Of a stretch of 64,000 nt of DNA, positions 11,807 to 24,610 are shown piece by piece. Position 1 is the stretch's first letter. The number at the start of each line of letters is the position of its first letter. Source of the DNA: Octopus sinensis (lineage: Eukaryota). A program made the translations under genes and the position numbers. The notes beneath the pieces are model-generated. The model made no database searches, was not told where the DNA came from, and saw nothing but the letters and a program-made list of their open reading frames with translations. Location of the stretch: the NCBI RefSeq assembly GCF_006345805.1, contig NC_043004.1, forward strand, positions 85,374,001 through 85,438,000, written 5' to 3'.

Positions 11807-13879
11807 GTCTTCATGCCTTTCACTCTTTCTGTGTCTATCTCCTTTCTTTCTCTCCCCTTTCTCTCTCTCTCTTTCTCTCCCCCCTCTCTCTCTCTCTCAC
11901 TGCTTATGTGTTAGCATTGTTCACAGGTGTTTATGAGGAGAGACTAAGTATTTGTGTCAATCGTGTTCAATCATTTCAATTACAATCTCTCTCTCTCTCT
12001 CTTTATCTCTCTCTCTTTATCTCTCTCTCTTTCTCTCTCTCTCTGTCTCTCTCTTTCTCATTCTCTCTCGTTTTTTCGCTATCTCTCTTACTCATTGATT
12101 CTGTTCAAGCTTTTGCATGCGCAAGCGTAAGTGTACTCAAGTGGGTTGTGTGTGTGTGTGTGTGTGAGCCCATGCCCAGCGCAGGAAGATTACTGTCGTT
12201 AAAAGAGACTCAACGCCCATTCAGCCGTGGCAAATTATTGGCGCTCAAACAGAAGCAGCCAATCAACTTATCCCCTACAAACCCGAAAGTATAAAAGGTA
12301 AAGTCGACATAGGTAGAATTTGAACTGAGAACGCAAAGACAAAATGTCTCTAAGAAATTTACCCGACGTTCTAAGGATTCCGAAAATTCACTGCCTTCCA
12401 GATATTCAATATACTGACAAAAAGAAGGCATTACACTAGGAAACGAATATCCTGTATATGTAGGTGCCTTCTTGCTTTGTTGTTTTGTTACTATCTTTTC
12501 ACTTGGCTTTCCCTATTATTTCTAGCATAATTGGTGACCAAGCAGAAGGCATTTCCGTGTATGCCTCTCACTATATCCTGCTCTCATTATTTCCCTCAAT
12601 TCGTTTTAGTTCTTTCCTTCTCTACCTTCCACACTCTATCTTACCCTCTTTCTCTCCTTTCCCCTTTCTATGTCTACCATCGCTACCTTCATTTGTCTCC
12701 CTTAATCTCTCTCTACCTTTCACACTATATCTTGCTCTCTTTCTCTCCCAGCACCTATCACTACCTATCTTCGTCTCTCCCTTTCCCTCTCTCTCTCTCT
12801 CTATCATAAAAAATGGAAGCGACGATGTGTTTCCAAAGTAGCTAAACGATTTATGAACACATTTATATAAGCGTTTTCTTTAATGGCGATCATCGGTATA
12901 AATTCATTTAAATTTAAAGTTTGTTTAGTTTCACTTTTCATTACATTAAGATCTGCACTCAGACAATTTCCGTATTTATTTTGCTTTTAAATTTCAATAT
13001 AAGTCGGTAGTTTGTTTTTAATTTTATTTGTGGCATCATGTTCCAACATGAAAACACGATTAACGAGAAATCAATGTCGCAGCGATATCAGTTTTGTTTT
13101 ACTTGGTGATTAAGTACATATTGTGTGTGTACACAGTCGAGCGACGAAGAACAAAGTCGCCAATAACTGATTCTTCTGATAGGTTATCAATCCATTGATT
13201 AGCTTTTTTGTAATTTCAGCGAGTTAAGAACATATCATTGAACGTGCTTCAGAAATATTGGCTGACATAGTAAGCTAAAAAAACATAGAACGAGCCAAAT
13301 TTCAACGTAATTGATCTGAAAACTGTTAGCACAAAAGACTTGTAGTTTCCAAAGTTTTCTACACATAAACAGTTTTTTTGTTCTTCCAATTAATTAACTT
13401 ATTATTCACAATAGCCTCATTAACACTAATGATAATAGGAATCAATGGATAAATGAATATTTTACTTGTTCAAAGTACGATTTTGGCTGGTGTTTATACC
13501 GATTATTCGATTTATTAACGGCATTGTTGCTTAATTTTACAGAATGGCTACAGACAATATGACATTTAGAGGTAAACTGAACGTATTGAAGTTGAAACAT
13601 AATAGAAGCTATATGTTATAAATATTCACGTCCCAGGAATAAACTATAAATACTCATTATATACATCCGGCTAGTGCAGGAAAATGACTGCGTTAGTAGA
13701 TATCCTAGCAATACTGCGGAAAATGCTGGAGAAGATAAGACTGACGATGTTGAATTGAAAATTGTCTAAGAAAAGTTAATGGAAATTTCGACCTAGACGT
13801 ATATATATGACACACTAAGACCGTTTAAATACTTTTCTACATAACACCAAGAGCAACGACAAGAACAATAAAAGAAAAT

Positions 13880-13930
13880 AGTAATAATAATAATGTTAAT
13901 GATAATAATATTAATAATAATAATACTAAT

Positions 13931-13980
<50 letters not shown>

Positions 13981-14019
13981 TAATAATAATAATAATAATG
14001 ATAATAATAATAATAATAA
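13880..14019. repeat. (AAT)n microsatellite
   Basis: Directly visible. Confidence 0.95.
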
Positions 14020-14575
14020 ATGCCCTGATGCAGTACCAGGCAGTGGCTCTCATGGCTTCTGATCTTAACTGATTGGAAGTGTTATCATGTACATTGTTTT
14101 GTCTTGGTATAAAAGATGGGCTACAGCAAATATTCTGCTCAATACCACAGATTTGCTTGTCAGTTGTTTGACCTTAACCAGTTGAGCATGTCCTTTAGTG
14201 GCTGACGATATGTGCATCTCTGATCACGAGCAGCAGTAGTGGGGGAGCATCATAGCCATGTGTTGAGAAGGATTCTTTGGGGTTTGAATAATTCACCTCT
14301 GGAAACATGGGTGTTTCGTTCAACGTCCTTAAACAACCCTTATTCAGGGACCTTTTGAGCGGGATGGGTTACTCGATCTGAAGAAAATTCTAACTGGGCT
14401 CCACCTGCAAGGTTATGTGATGTTTATCTTGATATGAGATCACCATGTCGCGCACATATGGTTGTGATGCATGTGCCTGGTGTACCCTTATCAGACGGGT
14501 AGTCATGATGGGTATACTGGGCTTCGTATATTTTACCCCAGTGTCACTTTGATGGCATGCTCTGCTCGCTCACTC
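14020..14575. mobile_element. ~555-bp non-coding interspersed element, copy 1, embedded in (AAT)n
   Basis: Begins atgccctgatgcagtaccagg and ends ctcgctcactc; flanked on both sides by (AAT)n; second copy adjacent. Confidence 0.8.
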
Positions 14576-14588
14576 AATAATAATAATA

Positions 14589-15143
14589 ATGCCCTGATGC
14601 AGTACCAGGTAGTGGCTCTCGTGGCTTCTGATCTTCACTGATTGGAAGAGTTATCATGTACATTGTTTTGTCTTGGTATAAAAGATGGGCTACAGCAAAT
14701 ATTTTGATAAATATCCCAGATTTGCATATCAGTTGTTTGACCTTAACCAGTTGACCATATCCCTTAGTGGCTGACGATATGTGCATATCTGATCATGAGC
14801 AGAAGTTGTGGAGGAGCATCATAGCCGTGTGCTGAAAGAAATTCTTGGAGGTTTTGATAATTCACCTTTTGAAACATGGGTGATTCGTTCAACATCCTTA
14901 AACAGGCCTTATTCAGGGAACTTTTCAGCGGGATGGGCAAATCGACCAGAAGAAAATTCTATCTGGGCCCCACCTGCAAGGTCATGAGCTGTTAATCTTG
15001 ATATGAGATCACCATGTCGCGCACATATGGTTGTGATGCATGTGCCTGGGGTACCCTTATCAGACGGGTAGACATGATGGTTTACAGGGCTTCATATATT
15101 TTACTCCATTGTCACTTTGATGACATGCACTACTCTCTCGCTC
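14589..15143. mobile_element. ~555-bp non-coding interspersed element, copy 2 (diverged), embedded in (AAT)n
   Basis: Colinear with 14020-14575 over its whole length with scattered substitutions; followed by (AAT)n 15144-15245. Confidence 0.8.
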
Positions 15144-15199
<56 letters not shown>

Positions 15200-15833
15200 T
15201 AATAATAACAATAATAATAATAATAATAATTATAGTAATAATAATGGCAAGTAAGTTTGTACAATTAGGTTATTGTTTGGGTTTAGTTGGTCTGTATAGA
15301 ATGCTTTCCACACATCTCTATAATCCTATCTAGTTCATTTTATGCGTTTTGCATTAGGTGACGTTTTTGGTAGCGTCACTACAGTTCTAGGGATAGGGTT
15401 ATTCTGGATCTGGTTACCGAGTAGATTGTTCTTTTAGAGAGTTTCTTCCAGTAGCAGACATTTTGACCCCAGTCTGATTCCCCACAGAGTAATGCGGTCC
15501 TTGTCCCGTGAGATGACCGATTTGCCATGTGTTTTGTTTTGCATTCAGGCATTGACAGTGACAATAGGAAACGGATCTGTTTGTTCAGACATTTTGACCT
15601 GATACCGCGTCCTTGTTCTTGGAATGGATATATTTATCATATCGTAGGGTGATAGATTGAAAATCGCTTCTATTTGTTTTCTAACTGCATGTATATTACG
15701 TAATGTACTGCCTGTCTGCGGTGCTTGTTGTGACTTGACAGACAATACAAACACATGGTAGACGTTATATATTCAATGAACAACCTCAGGATATTAAATA
15801 CTGTGAGACATCTATAATGATAATAATTGTATG

Positions 15834-15960
15834 AAGAAGAAGAAGAAGAAGAAGAAGAAGAAGAAGAAGAAGAAGAAGAAGAAGAAGAAGAAGAAGAAGA
15901 AGAAGAAGAAGAAGAAGACGAAGAAGAAGAAGAAGAAGAAGAAGAAGAAGAAGAAGAAGA
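15834..15960. repeat. (GAA)n microsatellite
   Basis: Directly visible; source of the poly-S ORF 15670-15972. Confidence 0.95.
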
Positions 15961-17195
15961 ATAGTAGCTCAAAGCATTACAAGTGAGTGGCTGTTATGGC
16001 TTCTGGTCTTATCTGATTAGAAGTATTAATCTGTACACGTTTTGTCTTGTAAAAGATTGCCTACAGCAAATACGTTGATCTATACAGCAGAGTTTCTTTG
16101 TGGTTGCAAACAGAAGCAAATCTGGAAATTGAAACAAATGAATTCAAGAATCTTGATAGAATTTTGATCCGAGGATAGACTTGGAAGGTAAATCAAATAT
16201 TGGAAGAAATTAAGATACGTAGATTGATTAAAGCTTGTATCATCTACAAAGTAGACTTAGAACTAAACGTAGGCTTACCAGACTTAGGCCTCGAACCCAA
16301 CCGTAAAAGAGGAAATGTTGCAAAAGTGCCTTGGGTGTAAAAGAAGAATAATGCAACCAATGAATAAGCTACCAGAACTTATCAACATCCCTAAAGGAAT
16401 GAATCAGGGAGAAATCAGAAAGATGGAGAAATATCAGGAACTACAACCTAAGTATAGGATCAAAAAGATAGGATAAATATATCTCTTGAAGAGATGAAAA
16501 ATAGACTACAGGCTAAAGTTACAAAAACAAAATCAAGAGATATGGCCAAAGAATTGAACGATATAGAATCAACAGATTTTTCCAAAAGGATCAGAAAAGC
16601 GTTTATCAGAAGTCAGACACTGGCCGCTGAGGAAAGGAGGCGGTTTTAAATCAACATCAGGGATAATGGGAGAAAAAAGAAAGATACTGAATGATCGGAT
16701 GAATTGATATCGGAGGAAAATGAAGTAGAATAATACAATACAACCTAATAACTGAAATAGTGTCCGACCAGACAACAGAGGTTCCAAACTGGGAATGTCC
16801 AGACCTGGATGGCTTACAAGTGTATTGGCTGAAAAATTTCCCACTATTACACAAAAGAATACGTATGCAAATCGATAAAATCATCAACAACGTCGTGGAA
16901 ATTCCAAAATGGATGACCACAAGTGATTCGGTTCTTTGGCAAAATGATTACGATAAAGGTAACGCAATCGATAATTACCGGTCTATCTCCTATCTACCAT
17001 TGATGTGGCACGAGACGACAGATATATTTTCTAATTGCATGTATACCTTCCTGATAATGAATGACACACTGCCAGTGGAACAGAAGAGCTGCAGGAGGAA
17101 AAGCCGAGGGGAAAAGGGATCAAATACTCAGAGAGAACAATGGTGAACTACTGCAAGAAATGACATACTAAACTGGGTGTGGCATGGACTTATTA

Positions 17196-19452
17196 CACTT
17201 GGCAACAAAATGAATTTTTTTTTAATCATCAGAGTTGGTGATTTGATTTTTCTGGGTTAATTTTTGATGCTGATTACGAATCTGAAGTCTGATTTCCTCT
17301 ATCAGGTCACATTTTCATGTTAATGACATCTACTGTTTTAACTTATAGTATACGTAAAGCCTGTCAATATAAAGTATATTGAATACAAGATACGATATTT
17401 TTGTGGCTTTTTTATAGCACAAAATTTAAATTATTGTGTACAAATAAGTTAGAATACACTCAAATGCTTAACAACTTAAATTCTTTGGGATTTGGACTTT
17501 CTATGTTGTTTGTCACAGTATCATCCCTGTATGACATCCAAAAGTAGTCGACTAACATTCCTGCATTCCAAAAATCATTGATATCATTGTTCCATCGAAA
17601 CAATATCTTGATGAAAGCGTTCCTCTGCGCATCAGACATTGCTCCAAATTTCTCTGCAAAAACATTCAGATGTGAATCAAGGAAATGGACTTTTAGTGAC
17701 ATCGGACGGCCCATTGCAGCGTAGGAGTCTAGTAGGCATTTCACTTCATTTCTAAACTCTAGAGATCTCTTGTTACCTAGGAATTTTTCACAGAGCCGTT
17801 TGAAGGATTCCCAGGCTTTAAGCTCAATCTCATCCAGTGCTGTGAGGACATGATTGTCTTTCAGGAGTTCGGTTATCTGCAGACCTATATCCCTCCTTCA
17901 GTTTCACCTCGTTGATTTTTGGAAGTTTGGCCTGCACATATTAAAAACTTTTTGAGTTTTTCCTGGCAAGTGTCTTCAGAAATTGTTTCATGAGGTGAAA
18001 CTTCATGTAAAAAGGGGTAAGAAGAACATTATCTGGGTTTAAACATGGCTTACTCTGGACGCTAGAAACTCCCAGCTCGTATTATTTACGCAAAGGCCAC
18101 TCTGATTGCACATAGTGCTTGTTAGTTGCACGACTGTCCCATAGGCATAAAAAGCAACAATATTTAGTGAACCCGGATTGCATTCCCATCAATATTCCAA
18201 TCAACTTCAAGTCTCCACATATTTTCCGGTTCTAGTTTATATACTTTAAGGCATTGTGGCGTACTTGCATATTTTCATACACTTTTTCCTGTGCACTGGA
18301 TGTCTATGGAATGGATGGTTTCTTACTGCCGTTGTGTAGTAGTACTGCTTTGAAGCTTCTCTTAGAGGAATCAATGAATAAGTTCCATTCAGCTGGATCA
18401 TGCTCTCGAAGCAAACAGTGAAATAACTCATCAGTGTTATTACTGAACGAAAGGGGTCCATCAACAGAGAAGCATGGAATCAGATCCCTATTTCTCTCCC
18501 TGAAGCGAGTAAAACAAACAGCTTTTTTAAGCAGACAATTTTCTTGTAGGCGAGATGCTAATAGTTCAGCTTTCGGCAATGACAAGTCTCTAACTAAATA
18601 ATTTAACTCTCCTTGAGAAAATGGCTGTGGTACGTCTTCATTTTCAATCGTGACATCTGCATCCCTTTCGGTGTCTTCCAGAGCAGTAGTATTTTCATCA
18701 GGAAATACGTGTTCGTCAGGCATCTGAAGGCCATTTTCTGGTGGTATTGGAAGATTATCATCGTTGTGTGGTACTGGTCTTCTTGCTGATTCCAAGTTGG
18801 CATACACAATCTTATGCTTGGCCTTTACAGTAAACCCACATGCATTAATGTTGCAGAAATAACAGTCCATGAAATTATCCTTTGGCTCTCTCCATATCAT
18901 AGGTAATGGAATCGCCATTGCTCTCTTCCTCTTATTTAGCCAATCCCTTAGTCCATTTGAAAAACCCGAGATGAGATGCGGCGCCCAACTCTTACTTTGA
19001 TCCCTGAGAGAGCAGCCAAAGTATAACTGGCAGATCGTCTTGATTTCACTTGTGATGGCACGTTGCTGAGATTTGGTGGTAAATGAACCACAGACACGGC
19101 AAAATATATCAGGGTTATTCTTGCAATGCCTTGACATCCTGAGTAGAAGTTGATGATGATGATGATGACTTGGCACCTTAAACAGAAAGTAAAATTTATG
19201 AAAAGAAAATATTATGAAAGCATAACATTACAAAATGAATACAAATATTTATAAAACAGAAGTCAGAATTTACCTGTATAATACGTTTACGTGTAGTAGC
19301 GATACTGCTGATTGGAGTTATATACCTTTCTAATCTCTTCAGAAATACTGTTCCTAATAGAAGAAAACCGATTACACTTTTGAAATCTGCGGACAGAACT
19401 GCATATAAAACACCATATAACACCCCTGATGAAAATTGGCTGTTGAACAGTT
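17196..19452 (-). mobile_element. Chapaev3 (CMC) DNA transposon, degenerate
   Basis: Ends CACTTGGCAACA (17196) and TGTTGAACAGTT (19441-19452) are imperfect TIRs, each flanked by TTA (TWA TSD typical of Chapaev3). Subterminal gctgattacgaatctgaagtc / gcagatttcaaaagtgtaatc similarity. Confidence 0.8.
17490..19137 (-). pseudogene. Chapaev3 transposase pseudogene
   Basis: MSRHCKNNPDIFCRVCG...DQSKSWAPH...WREPKDNFMDCYFC (Chapa Zn domain), LFIDSSKRSFKAVLLHNG, MSLKVHFLDSHL; broken by stops/frameshifts. A putative 97-nt 5'UTR intron (19177-19273, GTAAAT...TTTAAG) lies upstream. Confidence 0.85.
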
Positions 19453-21019
19453 TTATAAGACATGGTATTCGTTCCTGGAAGCTCTTTAGAAGCTCTTCAG
19501 TTGGAACAGGTGTCTGATAACATTATAAATATTTTCAGGAGATCAATGAAAAACTGGAATACAATGTTACTATCATGTGGAAATTTTGGCGGGGAGGGGC
19601 TTAACATAAGGAGAGGCATATTTCAGAGAGATAGTGTGATCCCACTGCTGTTTGTGATTTACATCATAACCCACATATAGATATTACGCAAAGTGACATC
19701 GAGGTACACCTTGAACAGTGGAAAAAAAGTTAAATCACATGTTACATATGGATAACTTTAAGGTCTTCAGTAAGTCTGAACGTTAGATAAATCAACTGAT
19801 CTCAGAAGTGCAGATATTCAGTAAGGATAACGGAGCGGATCTAGGGGTTAAAAAGTGTGGTATGTTTGTAAAAAACATGTAGTGTCATATGATGGGGTAG
19901 AACTATCCAATATGGTGGATCGATTTACGTATCTGGGTTATTTTGGAGTATGACAAAATCAGTGAGATAAAAGAAAGCTTTAGATGAAAATACTTCAGAA
20001 GAACCAAATCAATTATAGAAACTAGACACAATGGGAAAAGAAACAAGATCAGGACAATTAATACATGGGCTGTTTCCTTAATGCGATACGGCCCAAGTGT
20101 TGTTAGGTGGTTAAATAACGAGAGTAAGGAAAGGCCTTGAAAACCCAAGAAAGTGATATCAATGAACAAGGACTGCACACTGACTATATGTGCTGAGGTT
20201 AAACGGAGAATGAGGCCTCATAAGATGCAAGAATTGTGTTATCAGTGAGGAAAATTGTTTGGGTTGGTTCGTGAAACAGTAGAGTGAAACCTTGATTACC
20301 GTTGCTAGAAATAGCAATACGGTACCAATTGGAAATATGGCACATCCAAATATCATTTAAGAAACAAGATGGAGAGCTAAGATTAAACAACTGGAAAATG
20401 AAAAAGAAAGGTAAAGATAAAACCAATACTTGAAGGTGACAAAGAAAAAGTGATCTGGATGAATGCAATGAGGCACTGAAATGCAGCTCCCAAGAAAAGT
20501 AGGGGCGAGAGAAAAGCAAGATGTGGTATGAGCACAAGTCATATAGAGTGGTGGAGTCAGAGACTTGTAAAATCCCCTGGGATTTCCCAATCCGAACTGA
20601 GCAGGTGCTAGAGCAAAACAGACCAGACTTAGTGGTGGCGGACAAGATGCACCACATACGCTATATAGTTGATATTGCGTGCCCCTTTGAGCTACGAACA
20701 GAAAAAATGGAAGACGAAAAAAGAGGTAAATACAACCCTCTTAAGTACGAAATAGTCCGGCAATGGAAAATAAAGACGCTGAAGATTGAGCAAATTATTA
20801 TTGGATCGTTGGGAACACTAGCATACCTCATAAAGAGGAATAGGAAATAGGAATACAGTGCCCAGTAGAAATGTTACGACAGGTTTGCCTCCTTTGCACG
20901 GAGAGAATAATCATGAATGTATTAGTTCAAAAGAACAGATGGCATGGTACTGTAGGATTCAGGTAGGAAGCCCGCTACGCCTGCATGACTCCAGGAGTTC
21001 CATCAAAACATATGATAAT

Positions 21020-21069
21020 AACAATAAGAAGAAAAAGAAGGAGGAGAAAAAGAAGGAGGAGGAGGAGAA

Positions 21070-21103
<34 letters not shown>

Positions 21104-21300
21104 AGAAGAAGAAAAACAAGAAGAAAAACAAGAAGAAGAAGAAGAAGAAGAAGAAGAAGAAGAAGAAGAAGAAGAAGAAGAAGAAGAAGAAAAAGAAGAA
21201 GAAAAGAAGAAGAAGAAGAAGAAGAAGAAGAAGAAGAAGAAGAAGAAGAAGAAGAAGAAGAAGAAGAAGAAGAAGAAGAAGAAGAAGAAGAAGAAAAAGA
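21020..21300. repeat. (GAA)n-rich purine tract
   Basis: Directly visible; source of poly-R/E/K ORFs. Confidence 0.95.
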
Positions 21301-22499
21301 ATAGTAGCCCAAAACTAACTAACTAACTAACTAACTAACAAGTGAGTGGCTGTTACGGCTTCTGGTCTTATCTGATTAGAAGTATTAATATGCACACGTT
21401 GTGACTTGTAAAAGATTGCCCACAGCAAATACGTTGATCTATACAGAAGATTTTATTTTTGGTTGCAGTTTTACTGAAGTTACAGAGCCTAATTATGTTT
21501 AAATGGGATGTCTTGTCGATTATATATCTCTCGGTGTTTAAGCGGTACGCATTTTAGTGAATCCAAAGGATGAAAAACTTAGTTGACCTCGGGAGAATCA
21601 CACCATACCGACTGTTTAAGCTTCTTTTACCGAGTATATAGCGCAACTGTAACGATCACCAATTTGTGTGGTCTGTATTGCTGATGATTTTAAATTGTGG
21701 ACAACCAGTTGTAAATATCTGGACATGCTTACGAGGTCTACCGCAACTTTATTTATTAGGTAGTCCTAATGCATTTGAAACGTGCATACAAGATGGTTTT
21801 CCACTTGCCCTCTACGAACGAAATTGACTGTAGTTTCGAGGAAAATATCCATATACTCGAACAAATTAGGTTGCTTCACCCCTGAAACCACCCAATGTGA
21901 GGCTGCCCACATCTAATACGAAAATATAACTTCTTGATCCCTGAAGATATTCCTTTTCCTGAAATACAAATCCTCACGTAACAGCACAACGAATCCACCC
22001 CCGAATCCAGACCTGAGATGAAGATGTGAATACTTCATATCCACCGTGCCAGAAAGAATGTGACACTGATATTCTGATCTCACCGATGGCCACTATATCT
22101 AGTGCTATGAGATTCTTGAGCAGGTGGTCTGTTTGCAACAACGGTCACAGATAGCACGTATATTTCTTCTAAATAACGCTATTAGACGAAAGGAGAAAAA
22201 AAGAAAGGGACACGTACCTTATTTGTATGGAGAGGGATGTATTCCATCCCTTCCACTGATTGTGAATGCTTTCAAAATCAGTGCCTTATCGATAGTGTTG
22301 TATATATTTTAGGTGATGTATCTTCTTTTGTGGTACATGTATATGTACATTTAAATGGGTTGTATGTGCTGAAGTTTGATTGTGTTAGATTGTTGTTAAG
22401 TAATGCAATGTGGTTACTATCAACGATTATTGCATTATGATGTATGTAATACATCAGTTCTGCATTACTTGTCTATCTAATTACGCTTTTTTATTGCTG

Positions 22500-23150
22500 C
22501 TGTTCGCCTTCAGAAGTGGTTTTATCTTTTACTTTTTTTTTTCAGTGTGAAATACGCTTTCCTTCTATTTGTAAAGGTGGTGCCTCTGATAGCGATGTTG
22601 TATTGGAGGTTTGTTAGAGATGACGATGTTGATAGACTGGAGTATCTGCTTATGGGGATGGAATTGCTGTACAGTTCCTCAAAAGAATATCCTCCGTTTC
22701 TTCATATTTTTCCTTATTCTCTTTGCTTGTGTGTTACCATTTCCCCGCTTTTTCGTTGCATTAGTGGCGTTTTGCCAATTAGACAAGTGCAGAGTCTTGC
22801 ACATTGATAGCTGTGTACATTGTGTTATTTTTACTCATAACCCTATTTTAGTATGTTCTGCTGCTTTGCCATGGTTGATGCTTCCAATCATGGATTGAGT
22901 ATTGCAATCACTTGCACGTTGTTGTTTTAGTTGCTATATCTGTTTGTAATGTGGTTTCTGCTTTTGATATTAGCGTTCAAATTGTGGTGTTGGCATTAGG
23001 GGAGACAGTCTTTTAACTATCATGTTCTCTTGTTTCGGATGGTGCATAAAACATACAGCTGATTTGTATTTTCGCAGTATCTTCTATACTTCATTCCTAC
23101 CTACTGTCGCTGTTCACTTGGAAACCCTCTAAGGTCGCTTATTTAGTCTA
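22500..23150 (-). pseudogene. Possible highly decayed LINE AP-endonuclease fragment (RTE-like)
   Basis: Only scattered motif echoes on the minus strand (..YAP.., ..NANI..); no open frame. Confidence 0.2.
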
Positions 23151-23504
23151 TTCTCTCAGGTTTCACCTCTTTCAGAATGTCCACTCCAACCCAAATATTT
23201 CGTTACAATCTATTTCTACCACCTTGCTAGGTTCCCAAATCACACATTTCACCATTGACTAATTGTTTAGTACATTTGAGATTTTTAAGCGAATCATTCT
23301 TCATTACGTGTATCAGTGTAAATTCTTCAGTTGCTTCTGACTAAACGTTTTCATGTAGAAAATAATTAGGAGTCACCCACATTTATGGGCATGCTCTACA
23401 AAAATAATTGACATTTGTAATACTTACAAAAGAAATATTTCTGCTGTGTTTTCACTGGTGCTGTCACCGTTGTTATCTGTTAACGTTGTTACATCTAATA
23501 TATA

Positions 23505-23735
23505 TTTCTTTACTAACCACAAGGGGCTAAACAGAGAGGGGATAAACAAGGACAGATAAAGGGATTAAGTTGATTAAAGCGACCCCAATGCGTAACTGGT
23601 ACTTTAGTTATCGACCCCGAGAGGATGAAACGCAACGTCGACCTCGGCGGAATTTGAACTCACAACGTAACGACAGACGAAATACGGCTACGCATTTCGC
23701 CCGGCGTGCTAACGGTTCTGTCATCTCGCCGCCTT
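23505..23735 (-). mobile_element. tRNA-derived SINE (family B)
   Basis: Reverse complement matches 54483-54722: aaggcggcgag...gagttcaaattccgccgaggtcgac...ggggtcgataa...ccccttgtgg.tagtaaagaaata. Confidence 0.85.
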
Positions 23736-24474
23736 TGTTACATCTAATATTGTTTGCCGTTTCATTACGCGGACAGGTTTACAAACTTGAGTGCTCAGTG
23801 ATTTCATGAACAAAATGCTCTTTTACTACACTTTCTGCTTCAATTATTTCTTTTGTCATGCTAATATTGTTGCTTTTGTTACTACAAGTATCGTGTGTCC
23901 TTATTGATGTATCTTTCCTTGTAGTTAATAAAAGGTCTGTCCCGCGGCATTCACTTTAAAACGAACCTAACATGCAATTGGTGTCCCCAACTGACTATGG
24001 GCAGCCTATCACATACAATTCTGTTTACAATTGTCACGCTCACCAACTATTCTCTGCATTGCGTTCTTCTTTCGGCTATTGAACTGTGACTCTGCAGCCA
24101 AATCAAGGTGGATAGCTTTGTAAATAGATTTCTATTCACGATACGTAGTTTTAGTTTACGTTCTCGTTCGTTTTACGTCGACCCGATATATTAGTCGCAC
24201 GGAAACATACTTACACTCATTTTGATGCTAAGAGAGAAAGACACAAACACAAGTGTGTGCACACGGGTTTCTATGCACATGTATGCATATGAATATAAAC
24301 ATACAGATGCATACACGCAAGCACACACACTCATATAAATATACGTATGTACCTGTGTGTGTCTGTATATATGTAAAGATATATATATATATATACATAT
24401 GCACTTCTTACTGCATACATCATTAAATTTACATATGTATTTACTTGTGTGTGTTGCGTACAATATATATGTAA

Positions 24475-24610
<136 letters not shown>

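Larger units (their letters stand above)
16109..21010 (+). mobile_element. 5'-truncated, degenerate R4/Dong-like RLE non-LTR retrotransposon, interrupted by Chapaev3 at 17196-19452
   Basis: Fragments PNWECPDLDGLQVYWLKNF...NYRSISYLPLMW...PVEQKSCRRKSRG (RT N-part); GIFQRDSVIPLLFVI after the insertion; WDFPIRTEQVLEQNRPDLVV...IVDIACP...KRGKYNPL...IIIGSLG (RLE). Removing the insert restores a WTYYK (WIDYK-like) motif. Confidence 0.85.

Noticed and set aside
21670-21730. YADD-like and KYL-like words on the + strand
   Set aside because: They need a frameshift and their spacing is far too short for an RT domain.
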